Source: a virus. Taken from it: a stretch of 64,000 nucleotides of DNA. A model generated the notes under the pieces. The model had not been told where the DNA came from, searched no databases, and worked only from the letters and a program-made list of their open reading frames with translations. The translations under genes and the position numbers were made by a program. The DNA is taken from positions 67,681 through 131,680 of the IMG/VR virus record IMGVR_UViG_3300024518_005299. One strand, 5' to 3'. This document shows positions 29,951 through 38,455 of this stretch, piece after piece (positions within the stretch are counted from its first letter, which is position 1; each line of letters opens with the position of its first letter).

Positions 29951-30441
29951 TGGGTAAGTTGATTGATCTAATAAATAATAAATTTGATCGACTTCTTGTT
30001 GTATGTAGGGCGTCTAATAATAAACATAAACAAGTTATGTGGGGCTGCCAATGTGATTGTGGTAATACCTTATTGGTTTCTTCATGCAACTTGCGCTCTC
30101 AACACACTCGCTCTTGTGGATGTTTAGCTAGTGAAACAACATCTGAGCGATCATCAACACATGGGTGTTCGCGGGTTGGGAAAATGACCAAAGAATACAA
30201 GACATGGCGTAAGATGAAAGAAAGGTGTGGTAATGAAAATCATATGAATTATCATTATTACGGTGGTCGTGGTATTCAAGTTTGTGATAGGTGGAAAGCA
30301 TCATTTGAGAATTTTCTAACAGACATGGGGGAGGCGCCGACCTCTCAACATTCGATCGATCGTATTAATAATCACGGTCATTATGAACCATCTAATTGTC
30401 GATGGGCTACAGCAAAAGAGCAGGCTAATAATAGAGGTTAA
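29947..30441 (+). CDS. HNH homing endonuclease, paralogue of 4003 (short form)
   Basis: [39 protein letters not shown]. Confidence 0.85.
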   Translation: MMGKLIDLINNKFDRLLVVCRASNNKHKQVMWGCQCDCGNTLLVSSCNLRSQHTRSCGCLASETTSERSSTHGCSRVGKMTKEYKTWRKMKERCGNENHMNYHYYGGRGIQVCDRWKASFENFLTDMGEAPTSQHSIDRINNHGHYEPSNCRWATAKEQANNRG

Positions 30442-30444
30442 GCA

Positions 30445-31512
30445 ATGAAACAGATCACAGCAATCATTACCGGAATTTTCGGCCAAGATGGATTCTACCT
30501 AGCCAAATTACTATTAGAAAAGGGTTATAAAGTAATTGGCATTCAGCGTCGTACAAGTTCATCAACCGGTTGGCGTCTGACGGATATTCCTAATTATGAG
30601 GAAAAGTGCGCAAAAGGTCAATTAATCGTTGAACCAGGTGATATCACTGACCTCTCTTCTATCGCGCGTATTGTGGCAGCTTATAAGCCTGCTGAATTTT
30701 ATAACCTAGCTGCCCAGTCTCACGTATGGCACTCATTCAAAAGCCCACTATCAACATTGGAGATTACTGGTAATGGTGCTGCTATTTGTTTAGAGGCGGT
30801 TCGACAATTTGCTCCTGATTGTAGGTTTTATCAAGCTGGGAGTTCAGAGCAATTTGGCAATAGCGCAATATTTGGTAAAGATAAGCCAGAAGAGGGCGTG
30901 GTATTCGAACGTGTTTTAAATGAAGACTCACCTATGTTACCCCGCTCACCCTATGGCTGTGCGAAGCTAACCGCTTATACCATGACGAGAAACTACCGAG
31001 AGGCATATGGTATGTTCGCGGTAGCTGGTATACTTTTTAATCATGAGAGTCCTTATCGTGGGATTGAGTTCGTTACTCGTAAAATTACTGATGGCATAGC
31101 ATCTATTATGGCTGGTGAGCGAGAGTTTATTGAACTTGGCAATCTAGATGCCTATCGTGACTGGGGAGAGGCTTCAGATTATATGCGAGCTGCATGGATG
31201 ATGCTTCAACAGGATGAGCCAAAGGACTACGTTATATCTATGGGGAAGACACATAGCATTCGTGACTTTTTAGATCTCGCATTTAGCTATCTCCATATTG
31301 ATGATTGGAGTGAGTATGTTAGGATTAATCCAGAGTTTGTACGCCCATCTGAGATTGATGTATTGATCGGTGATTCAACTAGAGCACGTCAAGAATTAGG
31401 TTGGAAACCCAACTATTCTTTCCAGTATTTAGTTTATAGTATGATCTATAGAGACTGTTTGAGGAAGGGTGTAGTAGATAAAATTAAAAAGCATGTTTTT
31501 ATCGACAGCTAA
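30445..31512 (+). CDS. gmd: GDP-mannose 4,6-dehydratase
   Basis: ITGIFGQDGFYLA, YNLAAQSHV, FYQAGSSE, PRSPYGCAK, LFNHESP, FVTRKI, GNLDAYRDWG. Confidence 0.95.
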   Translation: MKQITAIITGIFGQDGFYLAKLLLEKGYKVIGIQRRTSSSTGWRLTDIPNYEEKCAKGQLIVEPGDITDLSSIARIVAAYKPAEFYNLAAQSHVWHSFKSPLSTLEITGNGAAICLEAVRQFAPDCRFYQAGSSEQFGNSAIFGKDKPEEGVVFERVLNEDSPMLPRSPYGCAKLTAYTMTRNYREAYGMFAVAGILFNHESPYRGIEFVTRKITDGIASIMAGEREFIELGNLDAYRDWGEASDYMRAAWMMLQQDEPKDYVISMGKTHSIRDFLDLAFSYLHIDDWSEYVRINPEFVRPSEIDVLIGDSTRARQELGWKPNYSFQYLVYSMIYRDCLRKGVVDKIKKHVFIDS

Positions 31513-31524
31513 TAGGAGAATATT

Positions 31525-32220
31525 ATGGATAATAAAAAACGACTAATTGGTGAAGAAGTTCCGCAGATTACTAAGGGCGATATCGACGTTTGGAATCGAG
31601 GAAAGGATGACGCGGTCAGGAATAAGCTACTTCGAGCTACTCAAAAACTATCACCCAAAAAGGCGATGGAATTGATTAAGATGTATGCTGCGGTAGGTGA
31701 AGTTCATTATCTTTCCACACGCTTTGATATTGATACTGATGAAGTGCGCAGGGTTTTAAGTGTCTTTGGCGTCAATTCAATTGAAGATGCCAAGGCTGCA
31801 GTAAGCGATGGTATCATCGCCGAATATGATGAGGCTGTTACGCAAAATCGTGAAGAGCAGACTATAGAAAGAGCCGTCGAGCATACCGCTGCAACAAAAC
31901 GGCTCGATCAATACGAACAGGATCAAGAGACTACTGAGAAAACGATAGAGGAGCAGGATATTGACCTAGCTCAGCGTCGTGATACGGCTCAGCGACTCAA
32001 CAAAGAAGATCAACTGCGACAATTAATAGCCGAAGGGATCGACCCTAAAACTAATATGTCAACATTTCGCATTCCATTCAATCAGGTTTCTCAATTTAAA
32101 AAGATGATCCCTTATGGAGTAAGTCAACTACAGCGCCGATTCGGTGGTTCAGGAAAGGATATTGTCGATGAGATACAACGACTAGCGCCCGACTTTAACA
32201 CTGATATGCTGCGCCCCTAA
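31525..32220 (+). CDS. hypothetical helical protein
   Basis: aggag RBS; 231 aa. Confidence 0.7.
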   Translation: MDNKKRLIGEEVPQITKGDIDVWNRGKDDAVRNKLLRATQKLSPKKAMELIKMYAAVGEVHYLSTRFDIDTDEVRRVLSVFGVNSIEDAKAAVSDGIIAEYDEAVTQNREEQTIERAVEHTAATKRLDQYEQDQETTEKTIEEQDIDLAQRRDTAQRLNKEDQLRQLIAEGIDPKTNMSTFRIPFNQVSQFKKMIPYGVSQLQRRFGGSGKDIVDEIQRLAPDFNTDMLRP

Positions 32221-32223
32221 GTC

Positions 32224-32988
32224 ATGGTAGATATAAATGAACAGGATGTTCGGCGTCTTTATATAGATGAAGGTTTAAGTATGCGCGGGGTAGCTCAAAA
32301 TATTCGAGTGTCCCTCGCTACGCTTTCTCGTTTTATGAAAAGACATGGTATAATAACTCGTGATAAGGCACAGGCTCAAAAGAACTATTTAAAAGAGCAT
32401 GACCATCAAATGAGTGGGCATAAACATTCAGAAGAGACTAAGCAAAGTATTTCTTTAGGCTTAGGTAGATTTTGGGATGGCCTTACTGATGAAGCTAGAG
32501 GGGAATATAAGCGTAGGATGGGTTCAGGCTGGAAGCGTAAGTGGGAAGCTATGTCAGAACAAGAGCGCGAGGCTTTGATGAGGGATCTTTCCACTAAGGC
32601 GAAGGCGGTGCAGGGTCAAGGATCCCGATTAGAACGCTTTATCGCTGAAGAACTAAGGCAACGTGGGTATCTAGTAGTAGAACGCTCGACCAACCATACT
32701 GCTGGTAAAGATTTCGAGGTAGACCTAGCCCTACCGAAGGAAATGATAGCTATCGAAGTTGATGGACCTACTCATTTTCTTTCTATATTTGGAGAAAAAC
32801 ATCTAGAGAAGCAGCAAGAGCGCGATGCTCGCAAAGATGATATGATCAACGCTATAGGCTATAACGTATTAAGGGTGCGTGATAATAACGGAGCCCTCAG
32901 CCAACTAAGAATTACGAAAATAGAACAGGCAATTAAGGAGATACAAGCAGATGGTGAACTATCAACTTGGTATATTGAACAAGATTAA
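32224..32988 (+). CDS. HTH + NUMOD3 + Vsr/DUF559-like endonuclease (possible EDxHD homing endonuclease)
   Basis: YIDEGLSMRGVA, KHSEETKQSIS, EVDLA...IEVDGPTH, GYNVLRV. Confidence 0.7.
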   Translation: MVDINEQDVRRLYIDEGLSMRGVAQNIRVSLATLSRFMKRHGIITRDKAQAQKNYLKEHDHQMSGHKHSEETKQSISLGLGRFWDGLTDEARGEYKRRMGSGWKRKWEAMSEQEREALMRDLSTKAKAVQGQGSRLERFIAEELRQRGYLVVERSTNHTAGKDFEVDLALPKEMIAIEVDGPTHFLSIFGEKHLEKQQERDARKDDMINAIGYNVLRVRDNNGALSQLRITKIEQAIKEIQADGELSTWYIEQD

Positions 32989-33916
32989 TAAAAAAGAAGT
33001 CGGCGAGGTAGTAGAGGATGTGTGTAATACGTCTCTAGATGTTCCGCCTCTTATTGATGAGGAAAATAAGAAGCCAACCATTATTACTGATATTGCCATA
33101 CCAATGCCTACGCCTTCGTCATCTAACATTGTCACTATACAGGAAATGGAAATGTCGACATCACCTAATAGTCATTTGGGAGATCCCAATATGGTCGAAT
33201 ATGAAGAATTGGATCCTGAGGTCGTCGTGCCTGATTTAGATACAGAAAATTGGATGTCTAAACTGCGGGAAGATGAAATTTTTAATACAGATAAGGGACC
33301 GGCACCTAGACTACATGGGTTGAGGCGTTTAGCCAAACCTTACGTGCAAGAAGAGGAAAGTAAGGTCAATTCTGTTGTTGTTGTGCCGCGTGAACACGTA
33401 CACATGCTCACTACGTCTAATGGTGAGGGTGACGTTATGTCTCAAAGTGAGGTAGTCGGCGTGCATCACTTTCCTATGGTGTCTGTCACTTTTACTGTCA
33501 AACTAGTTGATAGTAGGGTGTTTTCTGATTCAGCAGACGCATACTTCCCCAGTATTGGTGGTGATAAAGCAGTCTCTATTGGCTTATTCCCTACAGCAGT
33601 AGCATCAGCACGAGCTGAGGCAAGATGTCTACGTAAAGTTTTAGGTATCCGCGAACATGCTGCTGAAGAGCTAGTAGATAAAGATGCTAGTGAAGAGCTA
33701 GCGCCAAATGATGACAGCCCCATTAATAAAGTTCAGGTGAAACTTATTGAAAAGATCCTCCAGTCAATTGATATTAGTTTAGGTGAACTACTAGAAGACA
33801 TTACTACTAGAGAAATATTCTCAATAGAAGAATTAACTACAAGCGAGGCGAAAAAAGCCTTGCGCTTACTCAACGATCGTAAAAAGAAAAATAAAAAGAA
33901 AGGTAACAAGAAATGA
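32951..33916 (+). CDS. Rad52/Sak-like single-strand annealing protein candidate
   Basis: DSADA...AVASARAEARCLRKVLGI...AAEEL; basic tail; start uncertain. Confidence 0.5.
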   Translation: MVNYQLGILNKINKKEVGEVVEDVCNTSLDVPPLIDEENKKPTIITDIAIPMPTPSSSNIVTIQEMEMSTSPNSHLGDPNMVEYEELDPEVVVPDLDTENWMSKLREDEIFNTDKGPAPRLHGLRRLAKPYVQEEESKVNSVVVVPREHVHMLTTSNGEGDVMSQSEVVGVHHFPMVSVTFTVKLVDSRVFSDSADAYFPSIGGDKAVSIGLFPTAVASARAEARCLRKVLGIREHAAEELVDKDASEELAPNDDSPINKVQVKLIEKILQSIDISLGELLEDITTREIFSIEELTTSEAKKALRLLNDRKKKNKKKGNKK

Positions 33917-34449
33917 ACGACTCAACAAGCACACCTAAAAAAGAATACACTGCACGCAAGCCTGGTTATAACGTATACAAGCCATCAGCCAAGAGTGACG
34001 GGGGGTCTGCCCTTCAGTTTTCTTACGACTCCTTTAATCGCGCTGTCTTTTTACAGGCTGCGCGGCAAAAGGGCGCAAAACTACCACAAGGCGCTAAGGA
34101 CCAATATGACTGGAAGGGCAAGAGTCACATTATCTTTAAGATTGGCGTGACGGACATCAGTCAGCTACTACTGTTCTTTTCAGGGCGAACAAAGACGGTA
34201 AAATGCTTTCATCGTCAACCAGGCAAGGATAGCACTAGCGTTCTAGAGCTGGGGCAGGGCGAGGTGTATAATGGGAAGCCTAGCTTTTCATTCCAACTGA
34301 ATCGTACGGCAGACGGCAGCACGCAGCGTGTTAATATGTTCCTTTCGGAAGAAGAAATCACTATTCTGGCCCACTTTATGCGCGAGTCGCTTACGCGCAT
34401 GCTTGGTTTTTCTTTTGACGACAACCCCAAGGTTAAAAAAGACCAATAA
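33913..34449 (+). CDS. Whirly-like ssDNA-binding protein
   Basis: YNVYK, VFLQAA, QYDW, FKIGVTDISQLL, CFH, LSEEEITIL...RMLGF, colinear with plant WHY motifs as recalled. Confidence 0.65.
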   Translation: MNDSTSTPKKEYTARKPGYNVYKPSAKSDGGSALQFSYDSFNRAVFLQAARQKGAKLPQGAKDQYDWKGKSHIIFKIGVTDISQLLLFFSGRTKTVKCFHRQPGKDSTSVLELGQGEVYNGKPSFSFQLNRTADGSTQRVNMFLSEEEITILAHFMRESLTRMLGFSFDDNPKVKKDQ

Positions 34450-34451
34450 TC

Positions 34452-34934
34452 ATGGGATGGTGGAAGTCTAAGAAACAACAGCCTGAGATTATCTGGCATG
34501 TTCCTGAGGGGCGGGATGATCTCGTGCCCCAGCGCGCAACTAAGGGGTCGATGGCCTATGATTTTGTCTCTCCAGAGACGATCACCGTACCTAAATATGA
34601 TCCTAAGCTGGGAGTGGGCAGCGCGTTAATCAATCTAATGCTAGTTGCCACTCTCCCCCTAGGATATGGATTAGTTTTAAGATCGAGATCTGGCTTAGCC
34701 AACAAAGAAGGATTGACGGTAGAAGCTGGTGAGATAGACCAAGATTATCTCGGGTTGCTAAGAGTATTGTTGTTTAATCATAGCGGTGTTGACTACACTG
34801 TCAACGCTGGGGATCGTATTGCACAAGCAAGGGTCGTAAAAATTCATAAACTTAAAGAGAGTGTTTCGTACACGTATCCAGACCCCGATAAAACCCTCAG
34901 GGGTTCCAGAGGATTTGGGTCTACTGGGAAGTAA
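34452..34934 (+). CDS. dut: trimeric dUTPase
   Basis: GSMAYD, RSRSGLA, GEIDQDYLG, GDRIAQ, RGSRGFGSTG. Confidence 0.92.
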   Translation: MGWWKSKKQQPEIIWHVPEGRDDLVPQRATKGSMAYDFVSPETITVPKYDPKLGVGSALINLMLVATLPLGYGLVLRSRSGLANKEGLTVEAGEIDQDYLGLLRVLLFNHSGVDYTVNAGDRIAQARVVKIHKLKESVSYTYPDPDKTLRGSRGFGSTGK

Positions 34935-34946
34935 TTAGTGTATTAT
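34935..34946 (+). promoter_or_regulatory. Motif A (TTAGTGTATTAT), candidate phage promoter
   Basis: Identical 12-mer also in the sense orientation at 48772-48783 and 51419-51430. Confidence 0.5.
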
Positions 34947-34960
34947 CATAAAGGATAAAA

Positions 34961-35272
34961 ATGATCGGCGCATCACAACATAAGAAAAATAAATCTATTC
35001 CAACTATTCGTATTATCTCTTGTCCTAATTGTGAGAAGAAAAGACTTAAAAAGTATGAGAATGAGGATGGTAGCGTGACCCCCGCAAGCGAAGAGACCGT
35101 TAAGGTGCGTGATGAAGATCGCTACCTTGAGGTGTGTACTTTTTGCGTGGCAAAATATCGTAAAGAAGATGAACAGTTTGTAAGAGAGAATATGCGCAAA
35201 CTAGCCAAGTCGTTTAAAAATGACGGTTCTGACGATAAGGAGTCTGACCATAAGGACTTCTCTCTTAACTAA
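34961..35272 (+). CDS. CxxC...CxxC zinc-binding hypothetical protein
   Basis: CPNC, CTFC. Confidence 0.6.
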   Translation: MIGASQHKKNKSIPTIRIISCPNCEKKRLKKYENEDGSVTPASEETVKVRDEDRYLEVCTFCVAKYRKEDEQFVRENMRKLAKSFKNDGSDDKESDHKDFSLN

Positions 35273-35279
35273 CATAAGT

Positions 35280-36542
35280 ATGCTGACAAAAAAATATTCG
35301 TTCTGGTGGGAAAACTCCCCACCAGATTTTTCATTCCAACCTCAGCTACCAAATTATGCCGATATAGTTATTGTAGGCGCCGGCTTTACGGGTGTCAGTA
35401 CGGCTTTCTGGCTATTAAGTATAGCTAAGAAGGCTCGAAAGAAGGGCTTAAGGGTCGTTATCTTAGACGAGGCTCCCTATGCTGGATTTAAATCTAGTGG
35501 GCGTATGAATGGTAGTATTTACCTAGGTAGTAATCGTCCAGCCGAGCAGGTTGCGGGGATGGTAGGGCAAAAGGTAGCTGAAAAGCTTTATAACTATAGT
35601 TGTCGAAACAATATTCTGTTAGGTAAGATTATTGAGAGAGGCATAAGTTGTAGTTCAGAGTTTAATGGTGGCTTCCGTATGATTTCCACTGCTGCAGAAG
35701 CCGTAGAGGCAGACAATAGCGCAGAGCTTTTGCGAAGCTGGGGCTATTATCCTGCACGCTTTGATCATGAGCAATCACAACACGTGATGGTAGTGCCCTA
35801 CACCAAAGGATCATTGTTTGTGCCTGGCGAGGGTATGTTTGATCCATTCGCTTTTACTAACAAGTTAGCACGTCGACTCCGTAGGGATAACTTATGGATT
35901 GTTTATGGAACTAGGGTATCATATGCTGACACGTCATCAAGTATTGGACCACGACTACACCTAGACAATGGTCATATGCTCAGCGCTGGCAAGATTATCC
36001 ACACCACTGCAAACACAGCGCCATGGGATCGCATTCAAGAGAATATGATCTGTCGTCGTGAGCAGGTCGTGCGCACCGAGCCATTAAACGCCGACCTTGA
36101 TAACATGCCGCTACCGCTTATGCCAGTAGAATTGAATGGTGGTGTCGACTCTATTAGGGTCCATGATCGAGCGATCATTATGACTGGGGGAAAATCAGGA
36201 TTAAAGAATGATCCTGAGCTAGGTGTAATGAATGATACAGGGCATAACGAAAGAGTGTTAGGTAATCTAGACAAGACTATGATGCATCACTTTCCCATTA
36301 CTAACCATATGGAGATTAGTCATACCTGGACTTATATTGAAAAAGAGATGCGGGATGGGCTGCCTTTAATGGGTGAGATTCCTGGCATGGAGGGGCATTA
36401 TGTCAATATTGGTCATGGGCGTAATAAATTTGGTTTGGCTTTTGCGGGCGCTAGAAATATTGCAGAGAAGGTTCTGCGAGTAAAGATGAGCACCCCAGAC
36501 TTTAAGATTTTTGATCCAAAGAGATTAACACGAGGGGAATAA
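35280..36542 (+). CDS. FAD-dependent oxidoreductase (DAO/PuuB-like)
   Basis: IVIVGAGFTG, SSGRMNGSI, DGLPLMG, GHGRNKFGLA; start moved to ATG 35280. Confidence 0.8.
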   Translation: MLTKKYSFWWENSPPDFSFQPQLPNYADIVIVGAGFTGVSTAFWLLSIAKKARKKGLRVVILDEAPYAGFKSSGRMNGSIYLGSNRPAEQVAGMVGQKVAEKLYNYSCRNNILLGKIIERGISCSSEFNGGFRMISTAAEAVEADNSAELLRSWGYYPARFDHEQSQHVMVVPYTKGSLFVPGEGMFDPFAFTNKLARRLRRDNLWIVYGTRVSYADTSSSIGPRLHLDNGHMLSAGKIIHTTANTAPWDRIQENMICRREQVVRTEPLNADLDNMPLPLMPVELNGGVDSIRVHDRAIIMTGGKSGLKNDPELGVMNDTGHNERVLGNLDKTMMHHFPITNHMEISHTWTYIEKEMRDGLPLMGEIPGMEGHYVNIGHGRNKFGLAFAGARNIAEKVLRVKMSTPDFKIFDPKRLTRGE

Positions 36543-38455
36543 TGGAATTAAAGGGACTTTCGCATGATCTTTTTATGGAACGATATGCCTATCCAGGTGA
36601 TAAAGATTGGAATGACCGCGCTCATACGATTGCACACGTAGCCGCCTCTGCCGAACGAGATGATAAAAAAGAAGAATGGCGTCAGCAATTTTGGGATGCT
36701 TTAGAGCCTGGAGACTTCATCCCAGGTGGCCGCATTATTTTCGGGGCTGGAAGACCTAAGTTTAATCTCTTGAATTGTTATGTGCTCTGGCCTGAAGATC
36801 ATGTAGAGTCTATCGGTCAAGTCGTTAAAGACTCCTACTTGATTAGTTGTGGTGGCGGTGGTATTGGCTATGACTTCTCGCGCATTCGCCCACGTGGTGA
36901 CGACATCCAGACTATTAAAAATAGCGCGCCGGGCGCTGTTTCTAATATGAAAATGATTAATGAGATTGGAGAGCATGTACGTTCAGGGAAAAATCGCAGA
37001 ACGGCATTGATGGGTATCTTGAGAGTAGACCATCCCGACCTCTTCGAGTTTCTAGTTGCTAAATTAGATAAAGAGTCTTTGAATAATTTCAATATCTCAG
37101 TCGGTATCACCGATGAATTTATTGAGGCGGTACATAAAGATAAAGAATGGCACTTTACATTCAATGGTCGCCGTTATGATATGTATAAAGTGACAGGACG
37201 AGATACCCCTAATGGTGGTCCTGGAACACAAGTTTCTGTTCTAGTTGCAGCTCTTTCAGAAGAGGACGCTATGGGTCGTGCCAACGTTCAGTTAAAGCCC
37301 ACCTATACTACGACATTTAAGAAGGCAACTAAAGTAAAAAACATGGCGCGCGGCATCTGGGATAGGCTATTCAAGTCTGCGGTGGAGTGTGGCGATCCAG
37401 GTATTTATAATGTCGATTTTGCTAACCGCTATACTAACGTTAGCTATTTTGAGTATCTGCCATCAACCAATCCTTGCGGTGAGATCCCCATCCCAGCCTA
37501 TGGCAATTGTTGCTTAGGTCATATTAATCTTAGTAATATGGTAGATTGGAATGGGCGGGTGCAGTGGAAAAAGATGGCTCGTACTATTCGCGCCGCGGTT
37601 CGTTTTTTAGATAATATCTTAACGATCAATCATTTTGCCGTGTCAGAATGCCGTGAGGTTGGTCATAATTCACGTAGGATTGGGATGGGCGTGACGGGCT
37701 TGCATTACTTTCTAATCAAGGCAGGTCATAATTATGGTGATGAAAGCTGTTGTGAGTTTGTGGAACGTTTATTCGCAACCATTAGGGACGAAGCATACAA
37801 AGCCTCTATTGAACTAGCTAAAGAGAAGGGCGCCTTTACTGCTTTTGACACCGATAAGTATCTTGAAGAAGAGTTCGCGAAGACTTTGCCCCCGCGTATC
37901 AGGCGTGAAATCAAGAAACATGGTATACGCAATGCGGTTATGCTGACATGTGCACCATGTGGCACCAACTCTATGGTTCTAGGGGTGTCTACAGGAATTG
38001 AGTCTATCTTTTCCCCAGTATATGAACGTTCGTATCGCGACAATAATGTGTGGAAGAAGCAACTAGTTGTTGATCCACTGTTTCGTCAGCTATATGAGAA
38101 GGGAGATTCTCGTGTAGAACATTGTCTAGGTGCGTTTGATATCACCCCTGAGGAACATATTCGCATTCAGGCTAGTATACAGAAATATGTAGACCAATCT
38201 TTATCTAAGACTTGCAATCTTCCCGAGAAGACTAAATACGAAGACGTGAAGGATATCATCTTAGATTATGCATCAGACGTTAAGGGGTTTACGATTTATA
38301 GATCTGGATCTCGTGGGCTTGAGCCACTTAAAGCCATCTCCATTAATAAAATGAAGAAGCCGGCATTAGAAAAATTGATGCAAGAAGCCGTTGGATATGG
38401 CACGGAAGAGTCCTCGCCGTCTATGTGCGATATTAATGGTAAAGGGTGTGAGTAG
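36542..38455 (+). CDS. nrdJ: class II (AdoCbl-dependent) ribonucleotide reductase
   Basis: PGGRI, LLNCYV, GGGGIG, STNPCGEIP, CCLGHINL, RRIGMGVTG, APCGTNS, DQSLSKTCN; no small subunit nearby. Confidence 0.85.
   Translation: MELKGLSHDLFMERYAYPGDKDWNDRAHTIAHVAASAERDDKKEEWRQQFWDALEPGDFIPGGRIIFGAGRPKFNLLNCYVLWPEDHVESIGQVVKDSYLISCGGGGIGYDFSRIRPRGDDIQTIKNSAPGAVSNMKMINEIGEHVRSGKNRRTALMGILRVDHPDLFEFLVAKLDKESLNNFNISVGITDEFIEAVHKDKEWHFTFNGRRYDMYKVTGRDTPNGGPGTQVSVLVAALSEEDAMGRANVQLKPTYTTTFKKATKVKNMARGIWDRLFKSAVECGDPGIYNVDFANRYTNVSYFEYLPSTNPCGEIPIPAYGNCCLGHINLSNMVDWNGRVQWKKMARTIRAAVRFLDNILTINHFAVSECREVGHNSRRIGMGVTGLHYFLIKAGHNYGDESCCEFVERLFATIRDEAYKASIELAKEKGAFTAFDTDKYLEEEFAKTLPPRIRREIKKHGIRNAVMLTCAPCGTNSMVLGVSTGIESIFSPVYERSYRDNNVWKKQLVVDPLFRQLYEKGDSRVEHCLGAFDITPEEHIRIQASIQKYVDQSLSKTCNLPEKTKYEDVKDIILDYASDVKGFTIYRSGSRGLEPLKAISINKMKKPALEKLMQEAVGYGTEESSPSMCDINGKGCE

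Noticed and set aside
2-31512. Glycan island as a bacterial O-antigen locus (contamination or prophage flank)
   Set aside because: It is interspersed with phage-type hypotheticals, homing endonucleases and inteins, shares its gene-overlap style and motifs with the rest of the window, and has no transport or polymerase genes.
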